This document shows, piece after piece, positions 53,232 through 64,000 of a stretch of 64,000 nucleotides of DNA (its first letter is position 1; the number at the start of each line of letters is the position of its first letter). The stretch comes from Phoronis australis (Eukaryota > Animalia > Phoronida). The notes beneath the pieces are model-generated. The model was not told the DNA's origin, made no database searches, and saw only the letters and a program-made list of their open reading frames with translations. The stretch lies in assembly GCA_002633005.1 (NCBI GenBank), contig NMRA01000141.1, positions 297,609-361,608 on the forward strand, in the 5' to 3' direction. The translations under genes were made by a program, and so were the position numbers.

Positions 53232-56200
53232 ACATCGCCATGTAATAATCTATATATCAGTACCCGATATGATTCCCCAGTTTATCAGCTCAGGAGTCAT
53301 GAGGACATTTTGAAAAGTAGGTCAGTCATGCATTGGATTTTTCTACCCAGGATGGGCCTAATGAACGCAAAACAGAGGAAACGAAAATACACACAGAGCT
53401 AGTGAAGTGAATGAACATTATCCACAAAGTCCCTAGTGGGACTGAAGATAACTGTTCATATGTTAACTAAATTGTTAGCATTGTGGCTAGCACTGAAGTT
53501 AAATGAAAACATGCCAGTAGTATACAAATTTGCAATGATGATTTGCTTGTGGTTATAGTTAACCCAAAACCGATGATGTATTTAACAGCACAGTTGTAAC
53601 CAAGGGAAAGAGTTCTTTAATCAATTTGCAGCAGAGAGAATTTAATTTAACACCATGCTTAAGGAACACTGTAATGGTTTATTTACACTATAAACTAATG
53701 ACACAAAACACCAGTTGAAATTTGAAAGTGGTTCTAACCTTGGGGAGGGGGATTTTTATCATTTGAATTTATGAGCCCGGCAAGTGAAATTTCATGGATT
53801 TTTAAATGCTTTCAGTGAGCAATGAGGCAGATATTCCGCCCTAAAATTGAGACATGGAAATTTCTGCTGTCTAAGGTACTAATAGCCCACATGCATACGA
53901 GTGGAACCCTCATGGGTTAAGAACATGTGTCACAACTCTAGCTAATACCCTTATGATTTTGTACACCAGGAGTCGCTACAAGATCTTCAGCTTATGAAGC
54001 AGTCATAACAACTCACTTTCGCCTCCCATCTGTTGAAAAACAGTTTCCTACGTAGCGACCCCGATAACTGAAAACACCATCATAACTCATCATCGGAGAT
54101 TAACAGACAACCCTGCCATTGGTAAAATTTTGAATTTACTCGCCACATTAAAGATCATTCTCACAGGTGACTAAAAATATCCAGTGTTGCGTGTGAGTAA
54201 CCAATCAGCTGAGCAGTTGGAAACAAGACGTACAAGATGGATTTTCTGATAAAAAAGCGTGAGCTGAAGACCATAAAAAATCCATCTTTACGAAAACCAG
54301 CAAATGGTGTTTACATTTGTTCAAAACCTGCGGGTTACCGTAACTTAAGTACTAAGTGACATGTTGTTTCATTATTTTTCTCCTAACTTCTATCAAGGCG
54401 TCAAAATCTTGTCAATTTTCCTTGGTCCATACTACAGGACCTCTTTGAAATACAATATAACTTTGTGCTGCATTGCTATGGTAACAGACCGAACCAATGC
54501 AAAGGGCTACTAAAATAGCTACTTGACAGAAGTAGTACCCTTCACAATGTCTTTAAAATCTCCCAAATATGAGAATCTATACTAAAATATTACTTTATAA
54601 TGCCATGGACAAACATTTATTTTACATGTGTGAAGGAAGATACAAGACAGTATAAGTATAATCAGCTACTTAGACAATAAATGCCAGAACCGGTAAACAG
54701 ACAAATTTATCTTCACTACCCGCACCTGAAAATGTGCCACATTGCATTTTTATTAAAAAAATTCCGTTCACAAGCGTCAGTAACGCCAAGTACTCGCACA
54801 CAGCATGGAAATTCGTCTATCATCAGATGGTGCTGCGGCAGAGTGCGCGCCCTCAATGTACATGCGGGAACTGCGAGGCATATCATCTGCAAGGTAAGAT
54901 CTTGATGCCGTATATACTAGTACACCTGTGGCAGGGCTGCACCGCGCTCGTGATATTTAAGTGCTTAAAATTCCCAATTTCATATCATATCAAAAACACC
55001 AACAACCCTACCAGTCGATCAGCTGTTAAATCAGAACACCGGCATACACTACCTGACAGTATATTACCGTAATTAACTGAACTCGAGCTTTTATTGGTTA
55101 ATACATATTATGTAGAACCAGGACAACCAGTTACAACAGCATCAGAGATTCTCCATTGTGTTTAGTGTGAAGTCGTCAGATACTGAAGCTCATTTTCCCC
55201 CATGGTTTGTGGTATAATAAAGGCTATGATAGTTGTGTAAACCACTCTGTGGTTATTTTCATTTTACCACAGGACATCTGAGAAGCATGGATGTGGTACA
55301 AGTTTGTATAAGAAACTTGCGTGCTCACAGACATGAGGCAGTGGTGCTGGGTGAATGCATATGCCATACTCGTGTCCGTGGAGCTAAAAAACTTTCAACT
55401 GAAGTCGCCTTTTTCCAATTTTCTCGTTTTTGGGAAATTGAATAAACAGTTTTGATATGCAGTGCTATAACTGAAGGTTTAATGACCTAGCAATATAGTC
55501 TTTAGTCAAAACAAGTTAGATGGTAATTTTAAGCACTTTAAACCTTCAAGGTCGTTCAGCAGATGCAGGCCCACATGGCAAACTTTGCCCAACGGATCTC
55601 TGACAATTCCCGCAACGTCAAAAAATAACAACCGACACCCCCCTCCCCATTAATTTCTGGTTAGCCCTGAGTGATAAGATTTTTTATTTTTTATCTGACC
55701 TTAGAAGATTCAGGACTATTTTTTCCCCGAGAGTTATTATCTGGTAGAGAAGGATATATGTAAAATGAAGACACAAAAATAGTTAATAAATATATAGTTT
55801 CTAAACAAAAACATCAGACACTAAACAGCAACAGATACTTATCAACACAACAATGCCCCCAATAATCTATTATAAGTTATCAAACATTGCACTTATCCCA
55901 AAGTGACAAGGTATTGAATTTGGGGGTGTGGCCCACTAGGATAATTTACGAACTAACTGAACTTGACCTATATTGCTAAACAAAAAGTGGCCCTGGTACT
56001 CATTGAATTTTATCTTATTCTAGTAACAGGTTGAGGACACAGTTTAAGTATTGTGAGATGCAAATCCTCACACTACAAAATGCAGTCAAAGTCTGGTCTT
56101 TAAAACATGTGCTCAGGCAATAAATTATCTAGTCTGGCCTGATTTGTTTGACTGTTTACACACAAGTAATTCAAAATGTCACCAGTTAACCTGTGCAGAT

Positions 56201-59200
56201 TGACAGATTGATCTATGAAGCAGTATCTGCACAGTGCTGTCACCGCTAACCCCTAGGGTGGAACACTAGTAGCAAAAGAACAGCTTGATCCACTGTCAGC
56301 ACTCACCCTCCATGTTTCCTGGCCTGGGCATATGGCTCTGTTTATTGACCTACTTATGAAAGTGAGACCCAGCCAACAAGGTCAACTGTGCTGAATTGAA
56401 ATAGCACAGTCCATTTTCAAGCAGGGTGGTAGTGAACCGCTTCATTTCACCAAAGAGTAATACCAGGAAGTAAAGTCCTGTTATGGAAAGGAATGTTAGG
56501 GCATCAATTTTATGAGAGCAAAAAGGCCTCTTTGATTTGCAGCAAAACAGGTGGATGGAGTAATTTGAAAAGATTTTGAAAACAAAACAGGCACCAGGTT
56601 CAATCCTGTGTATGTGTGTTCTATAAACAATAAGCTGTCTTTATCAGCTGGGTACATTGATAAAAGCTTCTAAAAATAGTCTTATCTGGTCAAATAGTGA
56701 TGTGACAGATGATACTTAGACAAATGCAACCAGATAAGAACCATTACACTATTAGAGCATCTCACTCAAGGCTTCAAGGAGTTCACACATCTGACACAAT
56801 ATTAATACAGAGCCATCTATTGGAGATGGAAGAAACACAGAGTCTTTAGTTCTTGTAGTACTCGCTAGGTGGAAGTACGTGGCAGCAACATGGTAGCAAA
56901 AGATTTCTCATTATTGTTGATAGCTCTTCTATTAACACAAATTGAACTTTTCCTTCTATAAGTTAATCAGTACAGAAATTCAACAAACCTGTATACATTT
57001 TATGAAAGTAGAAAGCCAGTAAAATTTTTAACCATCTGCCTTTAAGAAAGGTATACTCATAGCAAAACAACGGTGTCAATAACATGATAAAATTCCGTTA
57101 GACAAAAATGTTCAAGATGAAACTTCAAAAATGTTGTTACAGTCTTCAGAACTATTATTTTGCTCCCCCTTAAGCAGCTTTTATTTTTAAATAAGAATCA
57201 TGAAACTTGTATGTTTTATTATTCCTGATGCATGAATGGAACATTTTAAAATCAATTAAAAACAGGATTTTGCAGAACACTGTATAAAGCATGGCACCTG
57301 AAAGTTTGATACAAACCAAATCGTCCATTTCTGAGATACGACGTTCCGAATTTAGCCACATTTGTGGACATTTTTCTAGGAACGTAAGTAACATTATAAC
57401 AGCATCTTACAAAATCATTTACAGCCTAAGTTCAACGGAATTTTGTTATTTTAGATGTATTGGGCTAACCAAACAGTCCCCGAAAAGCTTTAGTAAAATA
57501 AGGAAATCCAAGTTCAATCACGCAAATGTAAGCCCGTCAAATTATAGGTGAAGTTGCTGTTTCATGCCATGTTGCGTCACCGTTGAAGATAGGTGTATGG
57601 AGGACTCTTCCAACCACAGAGGCAAGAAAAAGGCCCAAGGCCGCTATGTATTAAACATTTAAAACAATTTACCAATGCGCAGTTGAGAATGTAATGTTGT
57701 CTTGCTGTGAAGCAAACAGATGAATGTTCTCAACCTATGATTTCATTTGATATAAATGTTCAAGATGAAATCTTAAAAACCATGTTTCAGTTCCCTAAAT
57801 TATTATTTCGTTTTTGTTTCATGCCACTACTAACCTTTTTCAAGACTATCACAAAAGTCCTATTCTTGATAACACCTAATGCAAAAGAGGAACATTTTAA
57901 AAACAATCCCTAGAGAGCAAAGTGTAAAACACAGCATTTGAATCGGATCCACCATTCCTGTCATATGACGTTCCATACTTCGCCAGATTGAAACTATTAT
58001 CTAGGGTCTTTAACTTTACATCCAGGCTCCTGTGAGCATTTCAGGAATATACAGAGACTGTTCACAAACCCTGCCGATTACACCAGCCCCAGGGACAACA
58101 GTGCACTCAACAATACTGGTGCTTGTAATGTGACCACAGACTCAGTCCATTCTCACCATAGGTCATTAATAATTAGACAGAGTTAACAAACATCTCTGAC
58201 AGTCAAATCTACAGGGAGCAGTTCATGGTCACCATTCATCTTTTAACATAGGTCACTTCAAACAGATCATGAAAGACAACTTCCCAACACAGTGTTGATT
58301 CTGTTGCACTGAATAATATTGTTTTACACTCAACTGTTAGTATTCGTGAGGACCCTGTGAGAGCAGGGTTCCCACAAAAGAGTTCATCCTCAATTTGAAT
58401 TCAACTTCAGAAAGAAAATTAAATTCAATTACAAAAATAAGAATTGCCTTCTGTGTTAACGATCCTTAACAAAAGTACATTTAATATAGGATGACTTATC
58501 AAAATAACCTCATTTGGAAAACAAACAATTGATTAGCATTTGAGAAAAACATGTGGTTACGACGCGAGATGTGCTTGTTTTTAAGAAAATTTAATAGTAC
58601 ATGTTTTTCACGTCATGAACCTACCTCTGATAAGGATATCGGTGTAGGAACACCAATGACTTTGATAAGGATAGTATTATTGAGGTACGCCATAGTCACT
58701 AAATCAAGAAATGTTATGTAGAGGACAATGTTGACATAATCAGAGATATGACATCATTTTAAACTTCAAAATGCAATTTGTCGCTTGAGATTTTCATTCA
58801 ACTAGGATATAACTGACCAATCAGAGTGCCTTTATTGTGACAGAGGCATACTGAAAATCTCCAAATTTCACTCCATGATGTATCAATAATACTACACACC
58901 TGAGGTGCTCCGTGAGTGGTCCCATCTATCAATGTCACAACATTCGCAGAAAAACAGCAATTGCTGCTTTTACTCAAATATACAGACAGTGGAGAAAATA
59001 GTGCTCGCACAAGCTGCACTGAAATCGTATATGGTAGTAAATAACCTTTATTCAGGATGGTATCATTGTATTGAAACTAAGGCAGAATCGCTCAAAAGCG
59101 AGCGAAACGAATTCCAAAAGTCAAATTACTGTATGGTGGAAGATATATACAGGTCTTGAAGGCAATCTGGCAAAGCATGGTAAAACCTCGCCAGTTTAGG

Positions 59201-61335
59201 GCACCATACGCGTAACACTTTAATTAATCATTTTTTCCATGAAAGATACGGACGTACCAAATTAAATGCATTTCTATGTTCAGGTTTTATACCACAGCTG
59301 CCACCATACAAAGTTTTGAAAAAATGTTGGCATTCACAAAAATGTTAGAAGCCATTCTCAAATGAAAAAGTATTATTGGCAATTTTTGTCAGATTTTGGT
59401 GAGATTTTACCATATTACAATGAAAATTCTCCAGATTGGGACATAGCATGACAGAAAAATGCTATAATTTTGTCTAATTTCTCAACAGAAATAACTCATA
59501 CCAAATTTTTACTTTGTTGTCAACGTGGTATGTCTGGAACATTTGAAGATGTGTTTATGTAGCAAGCTTTTGAAACTCAGAAAACTGCTGATTCGAGCAT
59601 AGCCAATCACTTCGGTCTCAAACTGGGTATTTAGGACTTAATTTTTTCAAAATTGCAGACATGCATTCAAATTTTTCTTAAAAAGCAATAACTCGTATCA
59701 GATTCGAAAAACGTAAAGTTTGTAATCTGCCAGTGTCAACTTCAATTACCTACAGTTACAAAAACACTATAGAGCACTTAGGCAAACAAGAGAGAGATTA
59801 AGAAAAATGTTCCATTTATCTTGACTACTTTAATCAAATTTCAGCCCACACACCAACTGGTATTTTCTAAGCCAACCAGTGAATGAAACTAAGTCAATAA
59901 CAAGCAGAGGTTTGAAGGGGCGGAGTTCTCAATCAAGGCCATGGAGTGTCTTGAGTGCAAATAGCCCACGGGCCCCAGGAACATGGCAAGCATGGTATGA
60001 AAGATATTTAGACCAAAACACAAAGAAAACTGCCAGGCAAGGTGACCTTAACTTGGTGTATAAGAAAGCAAAAAAATCTTCCAATACTTATTTTCAGGCA
60101 GGTTTAGTGTCTAATACTGAGCTCACAAACTGGCTGAAGAGCCAGCGTTTTCCCTAGCACTTTCATTGCTGGCGAAAAATTCAGTAAAAAACGTGAATGA
60201 TTGCACATCACCATGCTTACACTTAGTTGCTGGTTTAAGTTACTCAAAATATGGTGAGGTTTTAGCTAACTTTTTTTCCGACTGGACCACGTCCTTCAAA
60301 GTACACACACTTTCAGGGGAAGGAGGCTTGAGTTTGTCATTGCATTAAAGGGACATTGTTGGTTTTGAGGCTAACAACGCATTTTGGGATAATTGCTCAA
60401 GGATGGGAAAGACTTCTTGAAGTTATTAGCTTTGACTAAAGCCACAAAACAACAAAATCTGGTGTTTTGTGATATTACATACACATCCGCAAGTCTTGTC
60501 ACTGTCTGCTAGACATTTGCTGAAATCAAGGCCAGTATCAACCATTTACGTACGCTGCTATTTAATGTGTGGAATTTGGCTTACCGGCACAGCGTTACAC
60601 GGCTATAGTTAGCACGTTCTATTCTGAGCAATTGCTTACTAATGCAAAATTAATTTCGTCCCCGAGAAAGTCCCTTTTATCAATCCAATACAGAGAGTGA
60701 ATGTGCTTGACATCAATTTTCAGTTGGAAATCCATGATTCAGGAAACGAGGAAACAAACTGTGGAAACTCTCAGTTTCCTTTATTTAGTACTCAAATATG
60801 ACCAACAAGTGAAATTCTATTTCACCATTTTTCCACAAAAATAAAGATGAAGAAAATTTTTGTTCATCACTAGCACTGATTTGTTCAGTGTAGATGTCAT
60901 AAAACAAATTTTGCTAAATTTTCCATTATTTACACCAAAGTAATGAGCCTTTGAAAAAATGACAATTTGAGCAATTATTTTTGTGCAAAATTACAAGAAA
61001 ATTATGTTAACTGCAAGTAAAAATGACCCATCGCATCGAGGACAGACCAACCATCTGTCAGTTTTTCCATTGAATACCTGTTACGTGTTTTCACCACTCA
61101 ATTTTGTGCACCTCAGTAAAACACATCCATAACCCAATATGCTAGACTGCAGAGCAAATAATCTCTAAGTGCACACCAGCTGCCAAGACTTCTTCGCAAC
61201 CTATGGAGACAATATTTGTACAAATAAATTCAAACAAGCAAGCTGTGTGAAATCACTCAGCACACCTGTGTGAAAACCTAAGAGCCACAGACTTGGACCA
61301 TCTGCTTAAAAGAAAACCCCAGGCTCTCAGCTTAC

Positions 61336-61402
61336 AGGTTCCGTCAGAGCTCAGAGATTTCTTAGTGGGGAGAGGAAGTGGAATAAAATCATCTTCAGCC
61401 AT
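61336..61402 (-). CDS. Candidate distal first coding exon (MAEDDFIPLPLPTKKSLSSDGT + 1 nt)
   Basis: Start context aaaaATGG, 22 codons, T|gtaagc donor in phase 1; sits directly downstream of the triplicated module. Its splice partner is uncertain: 5207 is phase-compatible but 56 kb away. Confidence 0.45.
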
Positions 61403-61869
61403 TTTTAGCAGGAGGAACAACAGTCACGCAGCGAACTGTCACAGCATGAATTGCTCCACTAAGTCCCATTTATACCACATTAGAACAATAGTCACGCGAA
61501 ATGTCACAGCCTGAATTGCTCCACTTAAGTCCCAAAAATACCACATTAGATCGAAAAATGGATCAACAAGTCATTTGCAGAAAGACTCGCATAAACAAAC
61601 CCCAAGAAATGTTAGCAGAACACCAGTATATACCCTGTTGTGTATGCGCAACAGAGATGATCCCTTCGGCCTTGCCCCAGTTTGTGTTTAAACGTATAGT
61701 TGACACCGGAGCAACTGATAGAGAGCAACTCACTCTACTACTCAAACTGGTGGCAAAATGTCTGCTGCGGTGTCTGAACCTGCTCCGCTCCGCCTCAGTT
61801 GTGTTTACACACACACAATCAACTGCTTTATGTCAGCCGCTTCGTATCAACTGCCCCTCGTGTAAATTC
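61400..61869 (-). repeat. Copy C of the module, with an internal ~65 bp tandem duplication (61436-61550)
   Basis: Same blocks as A and B; similarity to copy A runs up to the ATG at 61402; tgtcacagc-tgaattgctccact-aagtccca--taccacattaga occurs twice. Confidence 0.8.
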
Positions 61870-62439
61870 GACCTCGAAGCATAACGTTTACGACCTCGCA
61901 CCAAGAAAACCGGCACATAGCACACTTGGGCAGATTCCTGCAGGACAGTGATATGTTTACAATGGCAACGGAAGTTGCATTAAGTCCACATTGTTTTTAT
62001 TTCGCAAAGGTTATCAGTGCACTAACAGCTCCTCTATTAAATCTTTTTGGTCAGATGAACAAAAACATCAGATTCTTGCAGAATTTCAACTGATATCGTT
62101 AAAAGACATGTTGCGCTTTGCTGAACAAAATAATTGCCATCGTGCCTCTCATCGTTTGACAGCACGTACACATTACGCATGAAGCACCCAGTTAGCATTT
62201 TACAGGTGACTCAAGATCTGAGAAAAGTTAGAAAAAAAATAACAAACAATAGAACGCAGAACCATGATATGTGCCCACCTTCATAATTTGCACATCGCGA
62301 ATGGTAAAAATGTTAAGGTTTTCATTTTCTAAAAAATATTTCAACAGTAGTGCCATCTGCATGAAAAATAATACAAGTTGTACTCTACTCATAGGCCGAA
62401 GTTGATGAAGATACATAGAAGAATTAGACCTGTACAGTG

Positions 62440-62650
62440 AATCTTGAGGCAGATACAATGACAATTTACCACTAGGAGGCACCACAGCAGTCAGATTAGT
62501 CCAAGAACTGAAAGCAGACCTACAGTGCTTTCCTCAATAGAAACACCTTGATCAGATGCTATGAAGATCAACAAAAACTTGGTAGATATAGCAACGCAAA
62601 GAAAACACAAATTGCCACAAGGGAGAACTAGAGTTGTCCAATCCATACAA
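62440..62650 (+). mobile_element. Fragment of the same HINE-like family
   Basis: ttaccactaggaggcaccacagcagtcag and agatatagc..aaattgccacaaggg match the monomers. Confidence 0.5.
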
Positions 62651-63434
62651 AAAATCAAAACCAGTGGTTCTTGGTGACGCCTTCTGGCTTACAGACCCAT
62701 CACATATCTTTCCCAGTTGACCCAATCAGAATGTTAAGAGTGAATCGGCCATTTGTGTGACCATTGTAAATATTATACGGTATATGACGAATAAGGAACA
62801 CTCTACTCAGCCAAGATAACATAGACATTCGGTATATTGGCCCCACAGAATTTCAAATAATTTCACTTCTGAGTAGTTGTATCTACTAGTTCAAGGTTGT
62901 ATTAAGCTTGGCACTCAAAACCCCATATCTTTTTGTTTCACCATGGCCATTAACCCGGACAAATATGGTATCTTGATATAGGACAAATAGACCACTTATG
63001 AGTTTCTAAACTGAGCAGAAAAGTGGACAAACTAGCCATCTTGTTGCATGACCTCCGCACAAGGTTTTAGTTCTGCACATGGAAAAAGCAGTGTGTGGTC
63101 TTACAAATCTCAGGCTAACATTGTAAACAGGATAGCAACATGATGCAACAGGAAGTGGGACAAAATTCCACGTGCTTCTGAGTAGAGTTCAGTAACACTA
63201 AGACCTTGCTAAAATCTACCCAAATCACATGCTCTCATTCAAAATACACGAAAATATCTCACAAAATCTAGCGAAGTCTTGTTTTTCAGCGAGTACCTAG
63301 TATTACTGAACTCTACCTTGATCTTTTAAAAGGTCTGTTTTGCAATTATGGTGGTAAAACAGCATGAATAGAGAAGCTGCAAACATGAGCACAATTCAGC
63401 ATTTCCATGCCAACAAACACCTTGCTGGACTCAC

Positions 63435-63580
63435 CTGTCTGGTACACGTTTGTTATTTATAGTATTCAGGGCAAACTGCACCGCAACTTTCCAAGATCAT
63501 GAAGAAGGAAAACCGGAACCTTGCTTCAGGTGCAACAGCAACGGTTCTCGAGCCAGAATTGAAAACGTCACCAATAGGTG
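63435..63580 (-). promoter_or_regulatory. Possible promoter plus non-coding first exon
   Basis: Consensus donor CAG|gtgagt at 63435; nearby CCAAT, CRE half-site (cgtca) and ETS-like ccggaa at 63510-63577; the only ATG frame checked closes before the donor. Confidence 0.3.
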
Positions 63581-64000
63581 CCAAAAAAAACTATGCCCTG
63601 TAAACCTAGTTAGCCAAGACAGCCCACTGGTGCCTGGAAGTGTTAAAACATTACCAATATCATCCAACTCTTGTTTGTTTTAGTTGATTGATTTATTGAC
63701 AGGAACAGGTAATTAAGGCCAACTAATAAAAAGCCTCTATGGAGATGCATCAAATAGACAGCCTCCACTACTGATACGTGTCAAAAATCATGTGCAGATT
63801 TTGTACGTGTTTTGATCGAAAAAAAATGAGGCTGCAAGCATGGCGTATCCTAAAAACTTGACATGAAATGACTGAAGACAAACCAACGGAATATGCAAAA
63901 ATGCTTACAACTCTTTTGCATACATTAGCATTATATTTTAAAGGGGTTTATGTCCGTTTAATCCAGATAAATAAGAGTTTACCGGGAGACAAAACTGTAA

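Noticed and set aside
28132-61814. Shared peptide STIRLN/STTRLT in ORFs 28132, 31122 and 61563 as a small protein family
   Set aside because: The DNA similarity is broken by frameshifting indels and starts and stops are not conserved, so it is non-coding homology.
1-64000. Autonomous transposase, reverse transcriptase, rRNA, tRNA or prokaryotic defence system
   Set aside because: No ORF with such motifs and no recognisable structural RNA were seen.

Overview
This is AT-rich animal genomic DNA, probably from a marine invertebrate; there are no prokaryotic features. Almost the whole window is the 5' half of one large minus-strand spliced gene, most likely an AMP-activated protein kinase gamma subunit (PRKAG2/SNF4Agamma-like); its CBS-domain exons would lie beyond position 1. 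I traced a phase-consistent exon chain (33005-32040, 25826-25287, 23388-23356, 21111-21045, 5207-5086, 129-78) giving about 593 codons of Ser/Arg-rich N-terminal extension. Four further candidate alternative first exons (61402, 19440, 16542, 8107) all end in phase 1 and fit the shared acceptor at 5207. A diverged ~400 bp promoter/5'UTR-like module occurs three times (28.0-28.4, 31.2-31.4, 61.4-61.9 kb). The introns hold Helentron/HINE-like elements whose ~140 bp internal monomers carry CTCF-like motifs, MITE-like palindromes and several minisatellites. A 600 bp duplication around an N gap looks like two haplotypes differing by a TA-targeting insertion. All calls come from reading the sequence; no database searches were run.
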